Below, one piece after another: positions 1-8,556 of a stretch of 36,372 bases of DNA (position 1 is its first letter; each line of letters starts with the position of its first letter). The notes below the pieces were generated by a model. That model saw only the letters and a list, made by a program, of their open reading frames with translations. It had not been told where the DNA came from and made no database searches. Where the stretch lies: assembly GCA_043809585.1 (NCBI GenBank), contig JBDROZ010000121.1:1-36372 (forward strand), read 5' to 3'. A program made the translations under genes and the position numbers. The DNA comes from Candidatus Eiseniibacteriota bacterium (GTDB taxonomy: Bacteria > Orphanbacterota > Orphanbacteria > Orphanbacterales > Orphanbacteraceae).

Positions 1-54
1 TCCGGATAGATTCTGGACATCCCCGCACCTCGGCGGGTTCGGAAGGAGGGCGCG

Positions 55-879
55 ATGGCCAGGAGCGCGGCGCATCGACTGGCGGAGAAGACGGTCGAGC
101 GGCAGTTTTTGTACGAGCTAGAGACGGATTTTGAATTAGCACCTGCGACTTCGCGTTCGGTCTTGGAGACGGCGCAGCAGGTGCTTTTTCCTTTGGTGGG
201 AGAAGGGGAGGTGCGAGAGGGTCAGATGCGCGTGACGGTGGTGAGCGTGGCCGAGCCGTCGGGGAAGCCTCTTTCGGCGATGCGGAAGGTGGGTGTGGTG
301 GTGACGGTGGACGGGGGTATGGAAGACCTGGCGGTTCAGGAGCGGTTCGGGTTGGGATCGCTTCGGCGCTTTCGCCTGCTGCGGATGACCGAGGAGGCGG
401 TGGATCAGGGGGGTGTGCTGACCCAGGAGGATCTGGCTCGTCTTCTGCAGACGGACGTTCGAACGATCCGTCGGGATGTGAAGGAGCTTCGAGGGGCGGG
501 GCACTGGGTACCGACCCGTGGGACGGTGAAGGAGATCGGCGGGGGTCAGTCGCACAAGGCGAAGATCGTGGAGCTGTATCTTCGTCGGATGACGTACTCG
601 GAGATCGTCCGTCGGACCCGTCATGCGCCGGGATCGGTGAAGCGGTACGTGGAGACGTTCGGCCGTGTCGTGGTCCTTTGGGAGAAGGGGATCCGGGAGG
701 CGGAGGAGATCGCGTACGTGGTGGGTATCAGCGAGCGGCTGGCTCGGGAGTACCTGGTGCTTCGGGAGCGGTATGATCGGGAGGCGTACCGGGATCGATT
801 AGAGGAGATCGCCCGTCAGGTGCGCCGATCACTCTCCGGGGACGGGGAGGAAAAAAGGGGCTCCCGATGCGGACGTTGA
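55..879 (+). CDS. DUF1670-family multi-HTH protein (first of tandem pair)
   Basis: Strong SD (GGAAGGAGG) before ATG55. Motifs EAVDQGGVLTQEDLARLL..DVRTIRRDV (HTH), PTRGTVKEIG...SHKAKIV and EIVRRTRH...VKRYVETF match my recollection of DUF1670. Codons are G/T-ending, unlike the C-ending host genes. Confidence 0.75.
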   Translation: MARSAAHRLAEKTVERQFLYELETDFELAPATSRSVLETAQQVLFPLVGEGEVREGQMRVTVVSVAEPSGKPLSAMRKVGVVVTVDGGMEDLAVQERFGLGSLRRFRLLRMTEEAVDQGGVLTQEDLARLLQTDVRTIRRDVKELRGAGHWVPTRGTVKEIGGGQSHKAKIVELYLRRMTYSEIVRRTRHAPGSVKRYVETFGRVVVLWEKGIREAEEIAYVVGISERLAREYLVLRERYDREAYRDRLEEIARQVRRSLSGDGEEKRGSRCGR

Positions 880-1793
880 GGGATCGCTACGCGACGGTGG
901 GCCGGCGAGACTTCCGTTCGGCGATCGAGTACCTGCTCGAGACGGAGTTCAAGTTGGTGGGGAGCCACCGGGTGATTCGTCTGATCGCGGATGCGGTTGT
1001 GGAGCTGCACCGGGAGTTTTATCCGGAACTTCGGCGGCAGGAGCCGGGGACGGTGGTGTGGGGGACGACGAAGGCGGGGGAAGGGGCGAAGGTCAGCTGG
1101 GGGAAGCGGGCGGAAGAGTACGGGACGCAGGTGGTGCACTTGCCTCTGGTGACGAAGGCGGAGATCGAGTCGCGGATGCAAGGGGGGCCGGGCCGGGATC
1201 CGAAGGACAATCGGAGGAAAGAACTCCGCCGGGACACGGAGACGCTGGTGCGTCTTGTGAAGAGCGCGGCCGAGCAGGGCGGACTTCTGACCGGCGCGGA
1301 ACTCTCGGTGCTGATGAACCGATCGCTCTCCAAGATCCATGAGTACATCCGTACGTACGAGGAGGTAACGGGCGAGGCACTTCCGCTGAAGGGCTACGTT
1401 CTGGACATGGGGAGCTCGCCGACGCACAAGGGGATCATCTGCCGGAAGCTCGAGGAAGGGATGAGCCCGCCGGACATCGCGAGGGCCACGGGGCACACGT
1501 TGGCGGCGGTCGACAACTACCTCGGGACGTACGACCGGATCAAGGTGCTGCTCCGGAAGGGACTCGATGCTCCCACTATCTGCCAGGTGACGGGAAGAGC
1601 CCCGCGGACCGTCGCCCAATACCTGGTGATCGTCGAAGGGTACCATCCGGATCTGATGAAGGCGGAACACCGGAATTGGCTCGCTAAGCGCCGAGAAAAG
1701 AACAACCTGGCTCTCCCCATGGAGGTGGGGAAGAAGATCATCCGAGACATCAAGGAAGGCAACCCGGGAAAGACCCCGAAAGTGGTAAAATAA
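867..1793 (+). CDS. DUF1670-family multi-HTH protein (second of tandem pair)
   Basis: Paralogous motifs AEQGGLLTGAEL..LM, PLKGYVLDMG..PTHKGII and DIARATGH...VDNYLGTYDRI. Overlaps the upstream gene by 13 bp with SD AAGGGG, implying translational coupling. Confidence 0.75.
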   Translation: MRTLRDRYATVGRRDFRSAIEYLLETEFKLVGSHRVIRLIADAVVELHREFYPELRRQEPGTVVWGTTKAGEGAKVSWGKRAEEYGTQVVHLPLVTKAEIESRMQGGPGRDPKDNRRKELRRDTETLVRLVKSAAEQGGLLTGAELSVLMNRSLSKIHEYIRTYEEVTGEALPLKGYVLDMGSSPTHKGIICRKLEEGMSPPDIARATGHTLAAVDNYLGTYDRIKVLLRKGLDAPTICQVTGRAPRTVAQYLVIVEGYHPDLMKAEHRNWLAKRREKNNLALPMEVGKKIIRDIKEGNPGKTPKVVK

Positions 1794-1977
1794 CACTCAC
1801 CGGACATATGCCCTGAGAGTCGGTAGTACGGGCGCGCGCGTAGCACGGGCAAGTCATGAGACCCTCGCGGCAGGACACGGCCGGGTTTTCGCGCGGGCAG
1901 GTCCTGTCCGCTCCTGTCCGCTGCGGTGCTCGCTTCGCCCCGCTCCTCCCCTCGAATTTCCAGCGGCCACGATCATC

Positions 1978-2151
1978 GGCGGGGCGGGGGGGCCGGCTGA
2001 GGGAGGGATAGAGGGGCAGACTTGGACGCTCGTCGTGCTGCGGGAGAAAGCCCTCCCATTCTCCGGGCTCGCAGAAGAGGCGTCGCGAAGGACGGCAACA
2101 ACTCCCCGGTTATGCCCCCCATCCCTCCCGAAGCCGGACCACCGTCCCGCC
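1978..2151. repeat. Dispersed ~175-bp palindromic repeat, family A, copy 1
   Basis: The core 1993-2137 aligns with 16639-16782 with 13 substitutions and 1 indel (by eye). The ends are imperfect inverted repeats: CCGGCT-GA-GGGAGGGAT..GGGGCA / TGCCCC..ATCCCTCCC-GA-AGCCGG. Confidence 0.9.
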
Positions 2152-2239
2152 CCCCTCTGGACGGACATCGCACGCGAGCACAACTGCTCCAGGGTGCAGA
2201 GGAGGGGTCGAAGGAAGACTTCGACTACGGAGTGAGCCC

Positions 2240-2965
2240 ATGACAGACGACTCTCATCCTACCGACGCCCGCCTCATCCTCGACTTCCTTCACCGCCTCG
2301 CCATGCACCACGCCATGTGGTACGCCGAGGTGAAGGAGAGGCTCGGGAGCGAAAAGGCGGGCGAGGTCTTCCGGAAGGCGTACGAGACCGGTTCGGCGAT
2401 CCAATGGAAGCGGCTCGCGAAGACCCTCGGCTTCGAGATGAAGGGGGACCTCCCGGCGCCCCTGGCCGATCTGCCGGCGGAGACCCTCGCGTCGCTGAAG
2501 GAGGCGGTCGCGATCAATTGGCTCGCGAACGACGGGGTCTGGTTCCAGGCGGTCGAGTTCTCGGAGGACATGGCGGCGGCGAAGGCGTGCAACGACGCGT
2601 GCTGGGCGAAGTTCTCCCCCCTCGAGGCGTGGTCGATCCGCCGGCTCCTGGACCTGCCGGAGAGGCCGGGGCTGGAAGGCCTGAAAGAGGCCCTCGAGTA
2701 CCGTCTGTACGCGGCGATCAACGTGCAGTCCGTCGACACCGAATCCGGGAGTTCCTTCGTCTTTCGCATGAACGAGTGCCGGGTGCAGGCGGCGCGGAAG
2801 CGGAAGGGGCTCCCCGACTACCCGTGCAAATCGGCGGGCGTGATCGAGTACTCCACATTCGCCGAGGCGATCGACCCGCGCATCCGCACCGAATGCGTCG
2901 GCTGCCCCCCCGACGACCACCCCGACGAATGGCAGTGCGCCTGGCGGTTCTCGCTGGAGGAGTAG
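2240..2965 (+). CDS. DUF6125-like cytosolic protein (Cys-rich, V4R/ATC-hydrolase-like ligand-binding fold)
   Basis: Host-like codon usage. Motifs NWLANDGVWFQAVE, CRVQAARKRKGLPDYPCKSAG and CVGCPPDDHPDEWQCAWRF. Confidence 0.7.
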   Translation: MTDDSHPTDARLILDFLHRLAMHHAMWYAEVKERLGSEKAGEVFRKAYETGSAIQWKRLAKTLGFEMKGDLPAPLADLPAETLASLKEAVAINWLANDGVWFQAVEFSEDMAAAKACNDACWAKFSPLEAWSIRRLLDLPERPGLEGLKEALEYRLYAAINVQSVDTESGSSFVFRMNECRVQAARKRKGLPDYPCKSAGVIEYSTFAEAIDPRIRTECVGCPPDDHPDEWQCAWRFSLEE

Positions 2966-3254
2966 GGGGGGGAAGGCACCGGAGTGGGGGCCTCCCTAAG
3001 GCTCTGCAGTCATGAGGGTTGGCGGGTGGCCCTCCGGGTCCCCGATTTCACGATTCTCCTCGGGCCGACGCCGACTCCGTCCAGCGACACCGACCTGGAT
3101 TCGACACGCAAGTTGTGTTACACTTATGACTTGTACGGAACCTGTCTTTCACACATTTCAATTCCTGCCCGCAGGCCCTGCCGGGGTTCCCACCCCGCGC
3201 TCCCCCAGGGAAGTCTCCTCTCCGGGAGGCCCTCGGACAGAAAAGGGGAGCGTC

Positions 3255-5738
3255 ATGAGGAAACTGCTGATCGCGGCCGTGCTCTTTTCCGTCGTCTCCG
3301 GCGCCTTCGCGGCGAACGGAGGGGAGAGGGCGCTCGTCGCCGTCAATCATCCGGACCCGGGAACCACGGCCACCCTGCTCGATAGCGACGTGATGGTCGT
3401 CCGCGACATGGAGCGCTATCTGCTCGCCGCGGTCACGCCCGAGGAACTCGCGCGCCTGAACGACACGGGCGTCGTCTGGCGGGTCCTCGACGAGTCGATG
3501 ACGGGCAAGACGTACTACACCGTCACCCTCGGGCGCGAATCCCGTCTCGCGGAACTCGAGTTCCTCGTCCGAGTCCTCCGAGCGGACGCTTTCGACGCGG
3601 TGGTCGAGGCCTCGCCCGGCGAGATCGAGAAGGTCATGACCGCCGGGTTCGAGGTGGCCCGGGTCTTCGTCCGCCCGATCCGTCTCTCCAAGACCGCCGC
3701 GCCGGCTCGGGCCGGCAAGACGATGGTCGCCGATCCCCAGATCCAGGCGATGGTCAACGCCGTCTCGATCACCAATTACAACTCCTATGTGCAGCGGCTC
3801 CAGGACTTCGTGACCCGCCAGGCGAACACGGACAGCTGCCAGGCGGCGGCGAACTGGATCAAGGCGACGTACGAGTCCTTCGGCATCGACAGCGTGATGT
3901 TCCACAACTTCAGCAGCACCTACAAGGACAACGTGGTCGCCACGATCCCCGGCGTCGGCGACCCGAGCAAGATCATCCTGATCGGCGGGCATTACGACTC
4001 GTACACGGGGACCACGAACAACGCCCCCGGCGCGGACGACGACGCCACGGGGACCGCGTGCGCCCTCGAGTGCGCACGGATCCTCAGCCAGTACGAGTGG
4101 AACTACACGCTCGTCTTCATGGCCTTCGGCGGCGAGGAGTACGGGCTGTACGGCAGCGAGGGATACGCGAGCGACGCGGCGGCCCGGGGGGACGACATCG
4201 TGGCCGCCGTCTGCGTCGACATGATCGGTTACGTGGCGGGAGGCGACGCGATCGATCTCGACATCATCAGCAACACCGGTTCCCAGTGGATCCGGGCCGC
4301 CGTAGACGTCGCGGCGACGGACTACGTGCCGGCGCTCTCCGTCGTGACCGGCTCCCTTCCGGGAGGGGCGAGCAGCGATCACGCGTCGTTCTGGGCCCAC
4401 GGTTACGACGCGATCCTCTTCTTCGAGGACACGGGGAACTACAGCCCGTACATCCACACGACGAACGACGTGGTCGGCGTGAGCTACAACAACCCGACCC
4501 TGGCCGAGCGCTCCGTGAAGGCCGCCGTCGCCCTTCTCGCCACGCTGGCCGAGCCGTTCCAGATCGCCATCATCCACGACCCGCTGGCGGACACGGAAGA
4601 CACTTCGAACGACTACCGGGTCGCGGCGGAGATCGTCTCGGCGGAGGCCCTCGAGCCCGATTCGCTTCTCGTCCACTGGTCGAACGGCGGCGGTTGGAAC
4701 GAAATCGCCATGACCGCCACGGGCAACCCGGACGAGTACGAGGCGTTCATCCCGGCCCAGCCCGGCGGGACGTGGGTCGAGTACTACATCTCCGCGGGGG
4801 ACATAATCGGCAACCGCGCGACGGACCCGAAGGACGCCCCGCTGTCGACCCACACGTTCTTCGTGGGAGTCATCACCACGACCTGGTTCGACGATTTCGA
4901 GGCGAACCTCGGTTGGACCGTCGGGGACGCGGGCGACGACGCGACCACAGGCGTCTGGGAGCGGTGCAACCCCCAGGCGACGGACGCCCAGCCCGAGGAC
5001 GACCACACGCCGGCTCCCGGAGTGAACGCCTACATCACCCAGTGCGCGGCAGGCACGAGCATCGGTTCCTACGACGTGGACGGCGGAAAGACGACGCTCA
5101 TCAGCCCGAACATCGATCTTTCGGGCGAGACGAACGCCTACCTTCGCTACTGGCTCTGGTACGTGAACGACGCGGGCTCCGCGCCGGGGACGGACTACTG
5201 GTACGTCCGGGCGTCGGACGACGGCGGCCAGACGTGGGTCACCCTCGACTCGACATACAGCAGCACGCGGCCGTGGACGCTGGCGCAGCACGACCTGTCC
5301 CAGTACATCGCGCTGACGAATCAGGTGCGCTTCAAGTTCGTCGCGAGCGACGAGGGGGACGGTTCGATCGTCGAGGCGGGCGTCGACGACGTTGCGATCG
5401 TCAGCTATCAGAGCGGAATCTCCACCGGGATCGGCGAGAACGGCCCGGCGGCTTCGGCGCGGGTCGTGCTCGGCCCGAACGTGCCGAACCCGTTCAACCC
5501 GGTCACGGATATCCGTTTCGCCGTACCCGCGCCCGGACGGAAGGTGACGCTTAAAATCTACGATCTGTCCGGCCGTGAAGTGCGGACTCTGGTCGACGCG
5601 GAGAAGCTCTCCGGCGAGCGGAACGTCACGTGGAACGGTACGGACAACGCCGGCCACGATGTGGCGTCCGGGGTGTACTTCTACCGGCTCGAGGCGGGCG
5701 GGGAGAAGCTCGCGAAGAAGCTGCTGCTCGTGCGGTAG
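3255..5738 (+). CDS. Secreted M28-family metallo-aminopeptidase with Ig-like, MAM/jelly-roll-like and C-terminal FlgD-Ig (T9SS-CTD-like) domains
   Basis: Start moved to ATG3255 (SD AAGGGGAG, signal peptide MRKLLIAAVLFSVVSGAFA). M28 motifs GGHYDS, GADDDATG, GGEEYGLYGS, VDMIGY, SDHASFW and IHTTND. C-terminus NVPNPFNP...IYDLSGREVRTL...WNGTD...VASGVYFYRL. Confidence 0.9.
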   Translation: MRKLLIAAVLFSVVSGAFAANGGERALVAVNHPDPGTTATLLDSDVMVVRDMERYLLAAVTPEELARLNDTGVVWRVLDESMTGKTYYTVTLGRESRLAELEFLVRVLRADAFDAVVEASPGEIEKVMTAGFEVARVFVRPIRLSKTAAPARAGKTMVADPQIQAMVNAVSITNYNSYVQRLQDFVTRQANTDSCQAAANWIKATYESFGIDSVMFHNFSSTYKDNVVATIPGVGDPSKIILIGGHYDSYTGTTNNAPGADDDATGTACALECARILSQYEWNYTLVFMAFGGEEYGLYGSEGYASDAAARGDDIVAAVCVDMIGYVAGGDAIDLDIISNTGSQWIRAAVDVAATDYVPALSVVTGSLPGGASSDHASFWAHGYDAILFFEDTGNYSPYIHTTNDVVGVSYNNPTLAERSVKAAVALLATLAEPFQIAIIHDPLADTEDTSNDYRVAAEIVSAEALEPDSLLVHWSNGGGWNEIAMTATGNPDEYEAFIPAQPGGTWVEYYISAGDIIGNRATDPKDAPLSTHTFFVGVITTTWFDDFEANLGWTVGDAGDDATTGVWERCNPQATDAQPEDDHTPAPGVNAYITQCAAGTSIGSYDVDGGKTTLISPNIDLSGETNAYLRYWLWYVNDAGSAPGTDYWYVRASDDGGQTWVTLDSTYSSTRPWTLAQHDLSQYIALTNQVRFKFVASDEGDGSIVEAGVDDVAIVSYQSGISTGIGENGPAASARVVLGPNVPNPFNPVTDIRFAVPAPGRKVTLKIYDLSGREVRTLVDAEKLSGERNVTWNGTDNAGHDVASGVYFYRLEAGGEKLAKKLLLVR

Positions 5739-5762
5739 GTTTCGATCGATGAGTGCGCGACG

Positions 5763-5792
5763 GGGCGCCCGGTCCGGGCGCCCTTTCTCATT
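5763..5792 (+). terminator. Probable intrinsic terminator of the M28 gene
   Basis: GGGCGCCCG-gtc-CGGGCGCCC stem followed by TTTCTCATT, 24 nt after the stop codon. Confidence 0.55.
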
Positions 5793-5950
5793 GGAAATCC
5801 CTTTGGCCCCCCCGGCGTTCAACCGCTACATTCAGAGAAGAGCAGGGGAATCCCGGGTGCTCCCGGTGTGCGATCTCTCCGCCGTTCCCGCGGCGCATGT
5901 CTTCATCTCGGCTTCCCTGATCCCGCGAACCTCCGAGGAAAGGAACCGGC

Positions 5951-6379
5951 ATGGCTGAGGCGAAGAGCGGCGACAAGGTCCGCGTCCATTACACGGGGAA
6001 GCTGAGCGACGGCACGGTCTTCGATACCTCCGCCGAGGGGGACCCCCTCGAGTTCACCCTCGGGAAGGATTCGGTGATTCCCGGATTCGAGAACGCCGTG
6101 AGCGGCATGGCCCCGGGAGAGAGGAAGACCGCCCGGATCCCGTGCGATGACGCCTACGGCCCGCGGCGGGACGAGCTGACCCTCGAAGTGAACCGGAGCG
6201 AGTTCCCGGAAGGGGCGGATCTGAACGTGGGGCAAAGGGTGCGGGTGACCCAGCCCGGAGGCGACACCTTTCTCGTCACCGTCGCCCGGGTCGGCGAGGC
6301 GGACGTGATGCTCGACGCGAACCACCCCCTGGCGGGCGAGGACCTCGTTTTCGACATCGAGCTCGTCGAAATCGTCTAA
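5951..6379 (+). CDS. slyD: FKBP-type peptidyl-prolyl isomerase, SlyD/SlpA-like, without His-rich tail
   Basis: GDKVRVHYTGKLSDGTVFDTS, VIPGFENAVSGM, DAYG and LDANHPLAGEDLVFDIELV. SD GAGGAAAGGA. Confidence 0.85.
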   Translation: MAEAKSGDKVRVHYTGKLSDGTVFDTSAEGDPLEFTLGKDSVIPGFENAVSGMAPGERKTARIPCDDAYGPRRDELTLEVNRSEFPEGADLNVGQRVRVTQPGGDTFLVTVARVGEADVMLDANHPLAGEDLVFDIELVEIV

Positions 6380-6415
6380 GCTCGGAAGGGCTCCGGAGAC
6401 CGAGAGAAGATCCGG

Positions 6416-6444
6416 TAGCATTTTCCAACTCTTCGTGATATACT
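6416..6444 (+). promoter_or_regulatory. Candidate sigma70 extended -10 promoter of the cys leader/cysKE operon
   Basis: TG-a-TATACT at 6436-6444 in an AT-rich patch. Weak -35 (TAGCAT, 6416-6421) at 17-bp spacing. Confidence 0.6.
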
Positions 6445-6479
6445 TAGCTCACGAATCCACCCGTTTGGAGAGGACTGAA

Positions 6480-6560
6480 ATGGACCGCCGAACCTGTTGT
6501 TGCTGTCGCGACAAATCCCGGAAGGGGGCAGGGCCTCGGCGTATCCGTATCCGCGTTTAG
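6480..6560 (+). CDS. Cys-rich leader peptide (MDRRTCCCCRDKSRKGAGPRRIRIRV, 26 aa)
   Basis: SD GGAGAGGA (6467-6474), ATG6480, TGT TGT TGC TGT at 6495-6506, TAG at 6558-6560. Lies immediately upstream of a terminator and cysK. Confidence 0.85.
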   Translation: MDRRTCCCCRDKSRKGAGPRRIRIRV

Positions 6561-6600
6561 TCGCGTAGAGAAGACGGAATGACTCGAGCCCGCGGCCCCC
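6486..6600 (+). promoter_or_regulatory. Attenuator protector and antiterminator helices
   Basis: Protector: CGCCGA(6486-91) with TCGGCG(6536-41), and CCTG(6493-96) with CAGG(6529-32). Antiterminator: GGGGGC(6524-29) with GCCCCC(6595-6600), GGGC-c-TCG(6531-38) with CGAGCCC(6585-91), and TCCGT(6544-48) with ACGGA(6574-78). Confidence 0.75.
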
Positions 6601-6619
6601 GCCGCGGGCTTTTTCGTTT
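6586..6619 (+). terminator. Attenuator intrinsic terminator upstream of cysK
   Basis: Perfect 10-bp stem AGCCCGCGGC-cccc-GCCGCGGGCT followed by TTTTCGTTT, about 60 nt before the cysK start. Confidence 0.9.
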
Positions 6620-6678
6620 CCATTCCGAAAACAGGGCGCGATGCGCCGCCGACCTTCCTCCCGGAGAAGGAGAACAGC

Positions 6679-7647
6679 ATGGGACGGATCTTTAAAGACA
6701 TCACGGAAGCGGTGGGCCGCACGCCGCTCATCGAGCTTTCCCGGTTCGCGGGGGGCGGGGCCCGCGTCCTCGGCAAGGCGGAGTTCTGCAACCCCCTGTC
6801 GAGCGTGAAGGACAGGATCGGCGTGCACATGGTGAACCGGGCCGAAAAGGACGGCCGCATCCGGCCGGGGAAGACGGTGCTGGTGGAGCCGACGAGCGGC
6901 AACACCGGCATTTCCCTCGCCTTCGTCGCGGCCGCCAAGGGCTATCGCCTGATCCTGACCATGCCCGAGACCATGACTGTGGAGCGGCGGAACATGCTCC
7001 GCGCCCTCGGCGCGGAACTGGTGCTGACGCCCGGCGAGAAGGGCATGCCCGGGGCCATCGCCCGGGCGACGGAGATCGCGGAGAGCACGCCGAACGCGGT
7101 GGTCCTGCAACAATTCGAGAATCCCGCGAACCCGGAGATTCACCGGTTCACGACGGCGGAGGAGATCTGGGATGACACGGAGGGGGGCGCCGACATTCTC
7201 GTCGCCGGTGTCGGAACGGGCGGGACCATCACGGGGGTCAGCCAGTTCTTCAAACCCCGGAAGCCGGAGTTTCGGGCGATCGCGGTGGAGCCGGTCGACT
7301 CGCCGGTCCTCTCCGGCGGCTCGCCGGGGCCCCACAAGATCCAGGGGATCGGCGCCGGTTTCATTCCGGGAATCCTGGAGATGGACCGGATCGACGAGAT
7401 CATTCAGGTGACCTTCGAGGAGGCCGTGGCGGCGGCGCGCCGGCTCGCGCGGACCGAGGGGATCCTCGCCGGGATCTCGACCGGGGCGAATGTTCACGCG
7501 GCGCGGGAGGTCGCCCTCCGGCCGGAGAACGAGGGGAAGACGATCGTGACCATCCTCTGCGACACGGGAGAGCGCTATCTGTCGACGGTGCTCTTCGCCC
7601 CGGAAGAGTCGGAAAAGAAAGCGGAGGTGGGCCATGGAAAGCGCTAG
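6679..7647 (+). CDS. cysK: Cysteine synthase A (O-acetylserine sulfhydrylase)
   Basis: PLP-lysine motif [48 protein letters not shown] and [17 protein letters not shown]. Confidence 0.97.
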   Translation: MGRIFKDITEAVGRTPLIELSRFAGGGARVLGKAEFCNPLSSVKDRIGVHMVNRAEKDGRIRPGKTVLVEPTSGNTGISLAFVAAAKGYRLILTMPETMTVERRNMLRALGAELVLTPGEKGMPGAIARATEIAESTPNAVVLQQFENPANPEIHRFTTAEEIWDDTEGGADILVAGVGTGGTITGVSQFFKPRKPEFRAIAVEPVDSPVLSGGSPGPHKIQGIGAGFIPGILEMDRIDEIIQVTFEEAVAAARRLARTEGILAGISTGANVHAAREVALRPENEGKTIVTILCDTGERYLSTVLFAPEESEKKAEVGHGKR

Positions 7648-8371
7648 CGTTCGGGCGGCGGCCCGAGCCCGGGGAGGGGACGCCCTCGCCGGAGCGAGGC
7701 CCTTGGGTGTCGTGGCACGGGTGCGCGAAGACATCCGGACCGTCTTCGACCGGGACCCGGCGGCTCGGAGCGTCCTCGAAGTGATCTTCTGCTACCCCGG
7801 GTTTCACGCGATGCTCCTGCACCGCGCGGCCCACGGGCTCTGGCGGCGGCGGTTCTACTTCCTCGCCCGGTGGCTCAGCCACGTCAACCGGGCCCTCACG
7901 GGCATCGAGATCCATCCGGGGGCGACCATCGGCCGGCGGTTCTTCATCGACCACGGCATGGGCGTCGTGATCGGCGAGACCACGGAGATCGGGGAGGACG
8001 TCACGCTTTATCAGGGGGTGACCCTCGGCGGGACCAGCCTCGAGAAGAAGAAACGGCACCCGACCCTCGGCAACGGCGTGATCGTCGGCGCGGGGGCGAA
8101 AGTGCTCGGCGCGCTCACCGTGGGGGTCGGGGCGCGGGTCGGCGCCGGCGCGGTGGTGGTGAAGGACGTGCCGGCCGGCGCGACGGTGGTCGGCCTCGCG
8201 GGCCGCATCGTGGGCTCCGGACGGCGGGGCGAGAAGCGGGAACTGAAGCTCGACCTCACCGAGAGCCGGGGGGACCACGACGTGCGTGTGGGCGAGGTGC
8301 TTCTCGAGCGGGAGGAGAGACCCGAGAACCCGCCGAACGGGCAGGCCCCGGAGGATGAATACGGATCCTGA
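7634..8371 (+). CDS. cysE: Serine O-acetyltransferase
   Basis: [55 protein letters not shown] and KRHPTLG. Overlaps cysK by 14 bp; the exact start is uncertain. Confidence 0.95.
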   Translation: MESASVRAAARARGGDALAGARPLGVVARVREDIRTVFDRDPAARSVLEVIFCYPGFHAMLLHRAAHGLWRRRFYFLARWLSHVNRALTGIEIHPGATIGRRFFIDHGMGVVIGETTEIGEDVTLYQGVTLGGTSLEKKKRHPTLGNGVIVGAGAKVLGALTVGVGARVGAGAVVVKDVPAGATVVGLAGRIVGSGRRGEKRELKLDLTESRGDHDVRVGEVLLEREERPENPPNGQAPEDEYGS

Positions 8372-8556
8372 GCGTCTTCGCGAATCGCCCCTCCTCGGAA
8401 GGAGGGGGGGCGATCCCGGAGGGGCGACCACGGTTTTCCCCGGGTGCCGGCCGGGGCGCGACGCTCCCCCCGCGCCCCGGCCCGGCCGCAAATGGACCGG
8501 CATCCCCTCCCGCTTCCTGATAATCTGACGGGGTCGTTCACCGGAAGGAGCGGGCG

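Noticed and set aside
847-879. A6G run (851-857) in the DUF1670 gene overlap as a -1 frameshift site fusing the two ORFs
   Set aside because: ORF2 is in the -1 frame, but the zero-frame codons are GAA AAA AGG rather than A AAA AAG. AAGGGG is better explained as the SD of ATG867.
1995-2135. Family A repeat as a hammerhead ribozyme (CTGA...CGAA), 6S RNA, SRP RNA or riboswitch
   Set aside because: It lacks the CUGANGA/GAAA core and cleavage-site stems and the SRP helix-8 motif. It is multicopy in unrelated contexts, which is unlike 6S or a riboswitch.
3096-3124. Promoter candidates upstream of the M28 gene (TGtTACACT), slyD (5803-5832) and PTS-IIA (19833-19861)
   Set aside because: The -10 boxes are plausible but the -35 matches are weak, so they are too uncertain to list as features.
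3048-5822. Long antisense or alternative-frame ORFs (e.g. 816-1796, 3048-5822, 9928-12156, 18040-19836, 21788-23722, 29287-31740, 30522-32915, 32828-35920)
   Set aside because: Shadow ORFs caused by high GC. They are Arg/Gly/Pro-rich, have no motifs, and overlap well-supported genes.
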